Positions 31,227 through 41,844 of a stretch of DNA of 64,000 nt are shown here, piece by piece. The first letter of the stretch is position 1. Each line of letters starts with the position of its first letter. The notes beneath the pieces were generated by a model, which ran no database searches, was not told the DNA's origin, and saw only the letters and a program-made list of their open reading frames with translations. Source of the stretch: Nitrosopumilus sp. (GTDB lineage Archaea > Thermoproteota > Nitrososphaeria > Nitrososphaerales > Nitrosopumilaceae); assembly GCA_963667665.2 (NCBI GenBank), contig OY763927.2, forward strand, positions 1,696,001 through 1,760,000, given 5' to 3'. Both the position numbers and the translations under genes were made by a program.

Positions 31227-34200
31227 ATGAATAACGAATTAGGACGAAAAATAACTAGTCTTACATTAATGACAATTATGGTTGCCGGTGGTATGACATT
31301 TGCATTCCCTGGCTTTATGCCAGCTGCACATGCAGCCAACGCCAACCTATTTGTTTCCGCAGAAAACTCACAGTTTGATAACTACATGGCAGGCCCTCAA
31401 GTAATTGAGGTCGTGATTATAGATTCAAATATCAATGATACTAGCGAGGCGAAAGGTGAACCAGACGTTACAGTAAACGGAAAGATCCTGAGAATGGCTC
31501 AAGCCGTAGATGGTAACTGGTATGGTTACTTTGCAGATAAGGGCCAAGCAGAAACCGCAGATTCAACTACAACAATACCAGGTTCAGGTTTGGACTTTGG
31601 TGGAATTTGTGAAGCAGCTGATTCTACGCTAACCATTGGTGTTGATCTTAGTGATACTTCTGGATTTGCATCCGGTGGGGTCACTACTGAATGTACACAA
31701 ATAGTTGGTACATCAGAATCATCAAACATGAACGTAGTCCGAGAAGCTAAAGACCTAAACAGTAACGATGCTGCAAATGGTGGAATCTGGAACAAGTGGA
31801 CAAATTGGCATCTTAGATGCTAGTCCAAATGCATTTCCTTTCATTCAACTCTATGTTCTAAGTCCCGGTGGTAATGTTATCGTACAGTACAACAAAGGTG
31901 GTGGTGCTCAATCAACCACATTAACTTTTGATACTGTTGATCAATATGCCGGTGCAACATTAGATAGAACAAAATATCCTCAAGGTGCTGAAATTCACGC
32001 AACTATTACAGATCTATGGTTAAACATTGACCCAACTGATGAAGACTCTTGGACATTTGCTACCAGCTCCGATAAAATTGATAGCTTTTACCAAGTTTTC
32101 GATGAAAATGGTGCGTCCGGTGGAAAAGCAGTATCTACTAGTGGTTCATTAGGTGACCTCATGTGTGCGGACAACTGTGTACTAAGAATAGATACTAATG
32201 CACAATCCGCAACAAACCCGGTTCTAACCTTACAGGACAACGAAGATTCTATACTTAACCAACTAAATCCAGATGGTGGCGTTAATAATGCCACAGCATT
32301 TGGAGTCTCAACTGAGACAGATAAGTTAGGTATGGGATCCGTTCCAGTAACAATTACCGAACTTGGTCCAAATAGTGGTGTATTTGGTACATATGATGAA
32401 TCAGATGTATCAGTCATTAAAATCACAAGTGATGCAGCAAGGGGAACCTCTGCAACCTTTGATTATAACGATTCACCAGTATCAATACTTGTAGGCTTTG
32501 GATGGAGTGAAGTTGATATCCAACCAATCGATGATGAATGGAACTCTGGTGAAGAGATTCCAGTAATCATTACTGATAGTGATTTCAACAAAAACTCTAG
32601 AGCCGATGAAGACCTTGTCTTAAATGATCCAAATGTAACATACATTCCATCCCTAACAACGGGAGACCCATTCACTTTGGGTGAAGGAATTGATGATACT
32701 CTAGCATTATACATTAATGCTAACATAGATGGTAATTCAATCTTATCTGGTAACATAACTAACGCTACTATTACTGTTGATGCTTTCTCACAAAGAGGAA
32801 TCATAACAGTAGGAGCAGTAAATGATGCAGGATCTGACTCTATACTTATTGACTTCCAAACCACAATGGGTGACTTAAGACAAACAATTGGCGATACCAG
32901 CACTGATGGCGATCTAATAGGATTCAACCTCCTAAACATAGACGTTAGAAGCTATAACGACGCTGGTACCTTCGATATATTCTTGGCTAACTCCGCCAGC
33001 GATATTATTCTAGGTGGAGGAACTGACATATCAAAATCAGTCGGTACTTTGCTAATAGCTGAAGGTGTAGGCCCACAAAGTTTGACATTACTCAATGATG
33101 TAGCAGTTAATGAAGGATTGTTTTCATCTCAAACCCCTGATACTAACAACGTTGGATTATTGATTCAACATGTTGATGACGATACTAACATAGTAACTTC
33201 AGGAGACATTCATCCAATTGTAGCAGACTTCTTCTCATTCGGTTTCTCTGATGATGGTGTGCAAGCATCCGAAAGGACTGCAAACCAAATAGTCAGAATT
33301 GAAGCTGAAGAATCAGGTGATAACACAGGTATCTTTGAAGGATCCCTTGAGTATATCATGGTAAACCAACTTAACATCAACGAAGCGAGTACCTACTCAG
33401 GACTCGGTACAATCGGCAGTAGTCCATCATTCATTGTAATTGAGGATCTAACTGACGAAGATGCACCTAGAGTAACAATTGAGGATCTAGGCGCAGATGG
33501 TGTAGTTGCTTTCATATCTGATCAAGAAGAAGCTCCAAGCCACTCAGGTGTTGTATCATTTAATGCTGATTCATACAAGCAAGCTGACACTGTAGAAATT
33601 ACTCTAGAAGACTTAGATCTAAACACAGATTCTGACCTTATCGACATTTATACCACTGTCGGTCACATCATTTATGAAGGTCCTGATGCAAACCTGATTG
33701 GAACCTCAATGGATCCAACAGGTGGTGCTGATAACGACCAAGTTGGTATTGATGTCATAGAAGACTTAGAAGGACTATCATTTGGTTCTCTAGGTTTCTT
33801 GTTAGGTGTTACATTTGACGATGTCAAATGGCAGAATACTGGAACCAATTGTGATGCCGCATATGATGATGGTCTTGGTGATACCGGATTTACTCTGGTA
33901 GAAACTGGTACTGCAACAGGCATCTTCTTTGGTGATTTCGAAATCCCAACAGATTGGTGTAGATCAGACGGTACTTTAGCAAATCCAACTGCACCCGAGA
34001 CAGTCACTGGACTCGACATTGAAGTCAATTACGTTGACTTTAGAGACGCATCTGGTGAAATTATCGAAGTCGGCGATTCCGCAGGCGTTCGTGCTAACAC
34101 AGGTTCAATCAGTCTTGACAGAACAGTCTACCCAGTACCATTTGGTGTTGTGGCAGATAATACCGATTTGAACAATTCTGAAGCTCCAAACGGTCGTTCC

Positions 34201-36297
34201 ATATTCCCACTCCATGCAGCTGGAATGTCTGGTAATGACAAATTGGAAACATCAGAAATACTTCAAAGTGGAGATCTAACTGTTCACATTAGAGTTAACG
34301 ACCCAGACGCAGACCTAAACCCAGTCGGTGAAGATGCTCTAGCATCAAATACCGCAGCAAACCCAGTAGGCCCTGTTAAGATCTCTGTTATCAGAGGTTC
34401 TGACGAGGTCGTACTCGGTTATGCAGGTGGTCCAACAGAGTTGAATGGTAGAATTGACGTCGGAGATAGCGACGCCACAGCAGCCAGACAACTTGGTCCA
34501 ATTTCTGAAATTGCACCATCTGCAGGTATATTTGAGTTAGATCTTACTATCCGATACACTGATGGTCCATCAAGTACCACATGTCCAGCTACAGGATCCA
34601 CAGGATTCACAAGTCTAGACGGTACTGGTTCAGGTTCAGAGACAAGCAGATTTGACGTCGGCTCAGGCAACGGCAATTATTGTATCTTACAAGGAGATAT
34701 TCTCCAAGTAGAATACACTGATCCAGCCGATGCATCAGGTGATGTTAATACTGTTACTGACTCTGCTACCTTTGACCTAAGAAACGGTGTATTGCAATCC
34801 GACAAATCTGTGTACATTATCGGCTCTGACATGATCTTAACACTCATTGAACCAGACCTTGATCTGGACAATGACGGTGCTGAGACCTATGACTTGGACT
34901 TAATTGAATGGGATTCTGATGCAGCTACTACTGCCATGGGTGACCTTGGTGGTTCAAGCAATCAGGCTTCATTCGACCCAGAACCAACAGACTTTAGAGA
35001 AACAGGTGACAGTACTGGTATCTTCCAGATTATTATCGAGATTCCTGAATCATTAGATGGTGATAACCTTGAAAGAGGTGAGGAAATCGTTCTAGAGTAT
35101 ACTGATTGGGGTCCATCAGGAGCTGACTATGTTGGCAATGAAGATGAAGACGTAAACATTACTGTTTATACTTCAAACTTCGGTGCAACTGTAGAGCTTG
35201 ACCAAAAAGTTTACACATGGACTGATAAAGTCTACATTACAATTGTCGCTCCAGATCACAACTTTGACGGTGATCTAGTTGACGAAATCGGCGATTCTGC
35301 TTCAGACCCAATAAAGGTCTCAACTAGAGGATTCGATCTTGACAACTATAAACTCGTTGAAACTGGAACTGACACAGGCATCTTCACAGGTGAAGTAATC
35401 CTTACTGGATTCACTACACATGATGCAGATGGCGATGGTAGTGAAAACGATGCAACTGGTATCACATCAGGTGATGGCGGTGGTCCAACAGATGGTACAT
35501 TGGCAACAGATGATGATGACGGACTTACAGTATCCTTTGAATTCTCAGAGGATGAAACTGTAGTTGGCTCATCACTTATCCGATGGAACATTGGTGAAAC
35601 TCAATGGTTAGAAGCAAGTTATCCAGCTAGCGGAACAGGTGTTGTAAGAATAATTGATCCAGACATGAACTTAAATCCAGAAGCAGTCGACAACTTCGAT
35701 GTCGATGTGTGGTCTGACTCCGATGCCGGAGGTGTTGACCTTACTGTAACTGAGACTAATGAGGCAACCGGAATATTCGAAGGTACTGTGTTCTTCACAA
35801 CTACCGATGAATCATCTGGTCACAGACTCAGAGTCGCAGAAGGTGACACTGTCACCGCAGAATATGAGGACAATACACTACCAGATCCGTACACAACTGC
35901 AGATGAACTTGATATTACTGCCACTACACTAATTGGCACTGTAGTACCACCTCTCGAGAGAGCACCAGCTACTAACTTGAGAACCGTTGATGCATTCGGT
36001 AACAGCTTAGATGCTGTATCCGTTGACCAACAGGTACAAATCACTGCTGACTTAGCAAATGGTCAGGATAGAAAGCAAGTATTCGCATACTTGGTACAGA
36101 TTCAGGATGGTAACGGTGTTACAGTCTCACTAGCATGGATTACAGGTTCACTATCAAGTGGTCAATCATTCAGCCCAGCATTATCATGGATTCCAACTGA
36201 AGCCGGTAGCTACACAGCAACCGCATTCGTTTGGGAGTCTGTTGATAATCCAACGGCATTATCACCACCAGTTAGTACAACCATAAGTGTAAGTTAA
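31227..36297 (+). CDS. Major S-layer protein (about 1690 aa if joined), interrupted by a +1 frameshift near 31785
   Basis: The N-terminus MNNELGRKITSLTLMTIM..AHAANANLFVSAENSQF and C-terminus ..AFVWESVDNPTALSPP match the Nitrosopumilus S-layer family. ORFs 31227-31823 and 31768-36297 join in frame if one base at 31784/31785 is removed. Confidence 0.9.
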
Positions 36298-36311
36298 AGA
36301 AACTAGTTCAA

Positions 36312-36334
36312 ATTTTCCTTTTTTTCTTTTTTTT
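36312..36334 (+). terminator. Oligo-T terminator after the S-layer gene
   Basis: Long T-rich tract 15 nt after the stop codon. Confidence 0.7.
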
Positions 36335-36408
36335 GAATACGACTTAACGATAGTTATGAACAATTTTTCCAGAAGTAATATCTAGTAGAACATTAACGAT
36401 TAATTAAA

Positions 36409-37377
36409 ATGAAATTTCAAATTTTATTTTCTGCATTGTTTGTTCTTTTACTTGTAAATACTCCTAATTCCTTTTCAGAACTTGAATTATCTACTAACAG
36501 TAAGGTTTACGCTCCTTCACATAGTTTACAAATCTATGGAACTGGATTACCTGAAGAAAATTTGATCATACGACTTTTTGCTCCGGATGAAACGATTGCA
36601 AAATTTGATCAAATCACTACCCAATTAGATGGTTCTTTTAATTACAATGTATTATTTTGGCCAGAACCATCAACAAATTTTCCATATGGAACATACACAG
36701 TTGAGGTAATTAGTACAGAACAAAATGGAATTTCTAAAAAAATAGATGTAAAGTTTACATCAACTACAAATTTAATTGATGTACCTGTTGAAAGACATGT
36801 AAACACATTGGTCTTTGCTCCTGAAACTGCTGCGATAAACCAATCATTTCGAGTTTTTGTGCAAACAACTAGTGATGGTCTTTTAGTTGGAAATGAACCT
36901 ACAGAATTACTAAAAGCTACCCATGTGCATTTACCATCTGGTCTTTCTGTTTCATTATCTAATGAATTTAATACACTACATCAAGGATTGTATTTTGTTG
37001 ATTATACTGCAAGAGAAGAAGGAACACATGTCTTTCATGTTGTTGCTTTTAGTCAAGGAACAACATCTCATGGATCTGCTGCAACAAATATTCTAAGTCA
37101 AGACCTTGGAGGAATTTCTGATCAAATAATTAAACTAAACTCAATTCTAGATGAGACCTCAGGTGAGCTTGATAATCTAAAATCTGAAATTAAAGGATTT
37201 GATATTACTCTAGAGCATGCAAGTAGTCAAATTGATCAAAATATTGGAGATATTTCTGATTCTGTAAAATTCATCAGTGAAGCTTCCTCTCAACTTAATG
37301 CATTGATGTTGCCAATCATTGCATCTATTGGACTAATTGTTGCCTTACAAATTACAATTCTTGCACGAAGAAGATAG
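36409..37377 (+). CDS. Secreted protein with beta domains, coiled coil and C-terminal TM anchor (SlaB-like architecture)
   Basis: Signal peptide; beta-rich region; heptad region ISDQIIKLNSILDE...; TM LMLPIIASIGLIVALQITIL followed by RRR. Confidence 0.7.
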   Translation: MKFQILFSALFVLLLVNTPNSFSELELSTNSKVYAPSHSLQIYGTGLPEENLIIRLFAPDETIAKFDQITTQLDGSFNYNVLFWPEPSTNFPYGTYTVEVISTEQNGISKKIDVKFTSTTNLIDVPVERHVNTLVFAPETAAINQSFRVFVQTTSDGLLVGNEPTELLKATHVHLPSGLSVSLSNEFNTLHQGLYFVDYTAREEGTHVFHVVAFSQGTTSHGSAATNILSQDLGGISDQIIKLNSILDETSGELDNLKSEIKGFDITLEHASSQIDQNIGDISDSVKFISEASSQLNALMLPIIASIGLIVALQITILARRR

Positions 37378-37408
37378 TTATAATAATGCTACAAAAGAAA
37401 AATTACTG

Positions 37409-40400
37409 ATGCCCAAAGTGGCGATTTTCTTTTCTATTATTCTTCTTTCATCTGCCGCAACAAATTCTTATGCGTTTATTCCTGGAGATATGGTTTTTGA
37501 AGAAAGTATACCAAAACAAATTGAATTTAATTCAGATATTATTCAAATTGATTCAAATTTTTTTACTGAAAACAATTTTAAACGATATCTGATTTTTGGC
37601 ACAAATTCACAAAATTCAGATTTTTTGAAAAATAATTCTTTGTATGGACTTCATTCTGATAGTGGATTTTTTTATGTAACAATACTCTCAGAAAATAGCG
37701 CATCAAGTTTAATCACTCAAGGTTATAATGTGATTGAAGACTTTCAATTAGATTTTCATTCATCTGATGATCTAAATGATGCATCAAGAATTGCTCAAAT
37801 ATCTCGCTCTGATATTGCACAAAAAAATTATGGTGTTACAGGAAATGGAACAACAATTGCAATTATAGATACAGGAGTTGATTTTTCCAATCTAGACATT
37901 CAACATTCTCTTGCTAGAGATGAGCAAAATCACCCTATAATGCTTGATCCTGATGGTCAAGGAATTATTTTAACAAACGCAACTTTCTTTGCATTTATTG
38001 ATGATAATGAAATTATCAGAAATTATAGCAAACCTATTCCATCTCACATGACATCTTCTGCATATGTAACAAAACAAGGAGTTTTCCTAGATGTGTCGCA
38101 AGGAGGAAAGGGAAGTGAAATTCCAATTTACAATTCATTTTTTCCACAACTAGGTTCTTCAATAATTTTTAATGGAACTTTGGATACAGATATGAAAATT
38201 GGTGATGATAACAGAAATTTCATCAAATCAAAAAGTGGAGTATATCATCTTGGTGTAATTTATCAAGGCGCTACACAAGGACCACTAGCACGAATACAAG
38301 TTGTACCTGTATTGGTAGTTGATTCATTCATTCCTGGAGTTTATGATACTATAATTCCTGATATGAGTACTTCGTGGGAAGATTATACCAGATTTGAACT
38401 GAAAGTAGGTGAAAAACCAGACTATGATTTTGATTTCACTGATGAAAAACCAATTGTATTAGGTAGTGGAAACGAATTTCTTGTGTATGATTCAAACAAT
38501 GATGGCAAAAATGATTTTAGTGCAGGAACAATTGGTGCACAAGTCTTAGATGTTTATGGAGTGATGCAAAATAAAACTGCAGAAATTGATGATACTCTAA
38601 ATGCAATTAATGGAACATTACTTCCTGCATTAGATCCTGATGGTGAATTTTTTGGTTTAATGACTGATTTTGTGGGGCATGGCACATCTAGTGCTGCATC
38701 TATTACTTCAAGAGGAATAGAAACTTATGACATCTATAACAATACTGAGAAATTTACTATTACTGGCGTAGCTCCTGGTGCAAAAATTATTCCTGTAAAG
38801 GCATTGTGGTTTGGTGATACAGTTTATGGATGGCTATGGTCTGCCGGATTTGATAATGACAAACATGATTGGAAATTTTCAGGAAAGACTAGAGTTGATA
38901 TAATTTCAAATAGTTGGGGCGTATCTGCATTCCCATCTTTTCAAGCATCTCCAGGAATGGATATTCTTTCTTTGATTCTTAGTATACTTGTAACACCTCA
39001 TTCCTTAGATGATGATTATCCTGGAGTAACAATAGTTTCTAGTGCTGGAAATTCTGGACATGGATATGGAACAATAGGATTGCCAAATGCATCACCTTTT
39101 GGAATTTCAGTTGGTGCAACTACTAACAATGTCTTTGTAGGTTATGGCCCATTCAAGGATCAGCCACGATTTGGAAATACAATATCACATTACAATGATG
39201 TAGTTGATTTTTCTAGTAGAGGTCCTAGTTCTATTGGTGACCCAAAACCTGACTTGATGAGTATAGGTGCGCATGGATTTACACCATCAAATGTTTTAAA
39301 AATTAAAAAAGATTCAAAGGATGAATCATTTTCTTTGTTTGGCGGAACCAGTATGGCAGCACCTATTGTATCTGGTAGTGCAGCAATTTTGATGGAAGGT
39401 ATGAGAAATCAGTCCCAAGACATTGATCCATTCACAATCAAAAATATTTTAATGTCTACTGCAATTGATCTCAAAAATGATCCATTCACTCAAGGATCTG
39501 GATTAGTTGATGTTTCTTCTGCTTTGGATTATGTAAATGGAAAAGATGGATTATTCATTGTACATAATGATGCATCATATCAAAACATCAAGAAAATTTT
39601 AGATCCTGCAATAGATAAAGTAAACTCTACTGCAATTGGATTTGAAAAATTTCAATTACCATCTAATTCCATACCAATGACTAGTTGGTTTGCAGGACAA
39701 TTACTTCCAGGAGAACGAAGCTCTGCTACTTTTACTATCGTTAATCCTTCTGATAATGAAATAACAATTAATGTAATGCCAAAAAAATTATCTCTAATTA
39801 CAAAAAATGAGTTTGATGGAACGACAACTGTTCGCCAACAAGATCCAATACTTAACAAATCTGGAGCATATATTCCAAATTATGTAAAGCTTTCAGATGT
39901 AAAACAGCATTCTACTCTAGATGAATTTTTTGATGAGGAAGATCCTATCCCTGATGACTCCTCGTTAATGATACTTGATGTCAATTTCCCATTTGATTCA
40001 TTCATGAATGATACTTCAGATGTTTATGCTGATGATATCAAAATTTCTTCTTTGTATATTTATGATTGGCTTGATAACAACAATGATACAAAAATTTCAA
40101 GTGATGAATTATCTTTGGTAAATAGAGCTGGCTCTTGGGGAACTGTTCAAGAACTTAGAGTCACTGATCCAAATGAAAAATTTGAAGGAACTCCTCTGGT
40201 TGGAATATACCCTGTTCCAACAAGATATTCTTACTGGTCAGGTGACACAAAAATGAATTCTACATCAATGGATTATACACTATCTGCAAGTTATTACCAA
40301 AAAGAAAAATGGTCAGTAATCTGGCCACAATCTCAAACGGTAATTGTGCCTCCAAAAGATGTTGCTACAATTGATGTAACATTAATTGCGCCAACTGATT

Positions 40401-41215
40401 TACAAACTGGAGTCTATCAAGGATTTCTAACTTTTGAAGGAGAAAAACATTTGGTAAATGCTCCGGTATCTTTTGTAATAAAACAATTAGTTGATCAAAA
40501 TGATTCTACTGTAATTATTAATGGTATACAAAGTGATGATGTACTTTATGGTAATGGATACATCAAAGGAGCATTTGATATGGTTAATCGTTACATGGCA
40601 GGAGATTGGAGACAATATTATTTTGATATCCAAGATGAATCAATTAATTCAGCAGCGATTGAGCTTTCATGGATTACTGATGATACTAATCTAGCAGTCT
40701 TTGTAATGGATCCATCAGGGCAAATAGTTCAAACAAATGTTCCATCTGGAGTATTTGGTCACTTTCTAAAATGGCCTTCACTTGATTGGTTGGGTAATTC
40801 TGTCTTTAGTCAAGGCGGTGGATTCTTTCCTGTAAAAAATAAAGATGATACATCTACTGTTCTTTATGTTCCAATTAACCAGACTGGTACATACACTCTT
40901 TTGACACACTCTACATTGTTTGGAGGAAACTCTACAACCGAACCTATTACACTTGCAGTAAAATTTTCAAACATTTCATCTAAAATCAAACAGGTAGAAA
41001 CAGAGTTTGAATCAAATGATTCTATTTTAGAAAATTATTATAATACAATCTCTAAAACAGAAACTTCATCTGATGATTTTGATCAAATAAATAATTCTGA
41101 TTCATCTTTTAGTCTTGGAATTGTTATTGGAATAATTATTGGAGCTACGATCGCTGCTGTCTTCATATTCGTAATTAGACTAAAACATGAAGAAAAATTA
41201 AACAAGGTTTATTAG
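37409..41215 (+). CDS. Large membrane-anchored S8 (subtilisin-like) serine peptidase
   Basis: Triad IAIIDTG / GHGTSSA / GGTSMAAP; SAGNSG; signal peptide from the ATG at 37409; C-terminal TM helix. Confidence 0.92.
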   Translation: MPKVAIFFSIILLSSAATNSYAFIPGDMVFEESIPKQIEFNSDIIQIDSNFFTENNFKRYLIFGTNSQNSDFLKNNSLYGLHSDSGFFYVTILSENSASSLITQGYNVIEDFQLDFHSSDDLNDASRIAQISRSDIAQKNYGVTGNGTTIAIIDTGVDFSNLDIQHSLARDEQNHPIMLDPDGQGIILTNATFFAFIDDNEIIRNYSKPIPSHMTSSAYVTKQGVFLDVSQGGKGSEIPIYNSFFPQLGSSIIFNGTLDTDMKIGDDNRNFIKSKSGVYHLGVIYQGATQGPLARIQVVPVLVVDSFIPGVYDTIIPDMSTSWEDYTRFELKVGEKPDYDFDFTDEKPIVLGSGNEFLVYDSNNDGKNDFSAGTIGAQVLDVYGVMQNKTAEIDDTLNAINGTLLPALDPDGEFFGLMTDFVGHGTSSAASITSRGIETYDIYNNTEKFTITGVAPGAKIIPVKALWFGDTVYGWLWSAGFDNDKHDWKFSGKTRVDIISNSWGVSAFPSFQASPGMDILSLILSILVTPHSLDDDYPGVTIVSSAGNSGHGYGTIGLPNASPFGISVGATTNNVFVGYGPFKDQPRFGNTISHYNDVVDFSSRGPSSIGDPKPDLMSIGAHGFTPSNVLKIKKDSKDESFSLFGGTSMAAPIVSGSAAILMEGMRNQSQDIDPFTIKNILMSTAIDLKNDPFTQGSGLVDVSSALDYVNGKDGLFIVHNDASYQNIKKILDPAIDKVNSTAIGFEKFQLPSNSIPMTSWFAGQLLPGERSSATFTIVNPSDNEITINVMPKKLSLITKNEFDGTTTVRQQDPILNKSGAYIPNYVKLSDVKQHSTLDEFFDEEDPIPDDSSLMILDVNFPFDSFMNDTSDVYADDIKISSLYIYDWLDNNNDTKISSDELSLVNRAGSWGTVQELRVTDPNEKFEGTPLVGIYPVPTRYSYWSGDTKMNSTSMDYTLSASYYQKEKWSVIWPQSQTVIVPPKDVATIDVTLIAPTDLQTGVYQGFLTFEGEKHLVNAPVSFVIKQLVDQNDSTVIINGIQSDDVLYGNGYIKGAFDMVNRYMAGDWRQYYFDIQDESINSAAIELSWITDDTNLAVFVMDPSGQIVQTNVPSGVFGHFLKWPSLDWLGNSVFSQGGGFFPVKNKDDTSTVLYVPINQTGTYTLLTHSTLFGGNSTTEPITLAVKFSNISSKIKQVETEFESNDSILENYYNTISKTETSSDDFDQINNSDSSFSLGIVIGIIIGATIAAVFIFVIRLKHEEKLNKVY

Positions 41216-41238
41216 CAAATTGGCGAGAAGCAGATTGA

Positions 41239-41844
41239 ATGTCAGAGCTTGGGACAAAAAAGTCTGGCGGATTATCCCGAAGAGACTTTCTAAAGTTAAT
41301 CGGCGCCGCAGGCACAGGTTTAGCGTTTGCTCCGTTTATCCCATTTGGTAATTTCATGCCAAATCCAAATCAGGCATCTCTTGAAAAAGTACCCCTAATT
41401 TTACCTGATGGCACCCAAGGCAATGTCAACACTTACCCAATTAATTTCTCTGAAGTTGTTACATATCCAACTACTGGTGATCCTGCACTTGATGCAGAGG
41501 CATTTCGTAAATGGCAGTTCATAAGATTACCTGAAGAATTAGGTGGTGTAAAAAGAGATACATCCGCTTTCCGAGTATACAGTATGATATGTCTTCACCT
41601 CTGGTGTTTGTGGAAATATTGGCCAGATGAAGGAAGAAAGAGAGGTGAATGCCCATGTCATGGTAGTATGTATGATCCATCAACTGGAACAGCTTTTGTA
41701 GGTCCTGCATCAGTGCAAGCTCCTCCATCAAACACGTTAGCTGAATTGTATTTAGAAATTGACTCAGATGGACTAATTTTTATCTTGCCGCCAAAGTTTG
41801 ATGTAAATGCTAATGGAGTAATTGGATATGGCCGTTTCGCTTGA
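41239..41844 (+). CDS. petC: Rieske [2Fe-2S] protein of complex III, Tat-exported
   Basis: SRRDFLK Tat motif; CLHLWC and CPCHGSMY ligand boxes. Confidence 0.92.
   Translation: MSELGTKKSGGLSRRDFLKLIGAAGTGLAFAPFIPFGNFMPNPNQASLEKVPLILPDGTQGNVNTYPINFSEVVTYPTTGDPALDAEAFRKWQFIRLPEELGGVKRDTSAFRVYSMICLHLWCLWKYWPDEGRKRGECPCHGSMYDPSTGTAFVGPASVQAPPSNTLAELYLEIDSDGLIFILPPKFDVNANGVIGYGRFA

Noticed and set aside
31768-31785. Independent start of a 1509-aa second S-layer gene
   Set aside because: It has no signal peptide; it is the continuation of the frameshifted gene starting at 31227.
32088-36044. Many antisense ORFs inside the S-layer gene and its higher GC content, as a sign of foreign DNA
   Set aside because: Explained by the codon bias of a highly expressed Gly/Asp/Thr-rich gene; the shadow ORFs carry no recognisable motifs.
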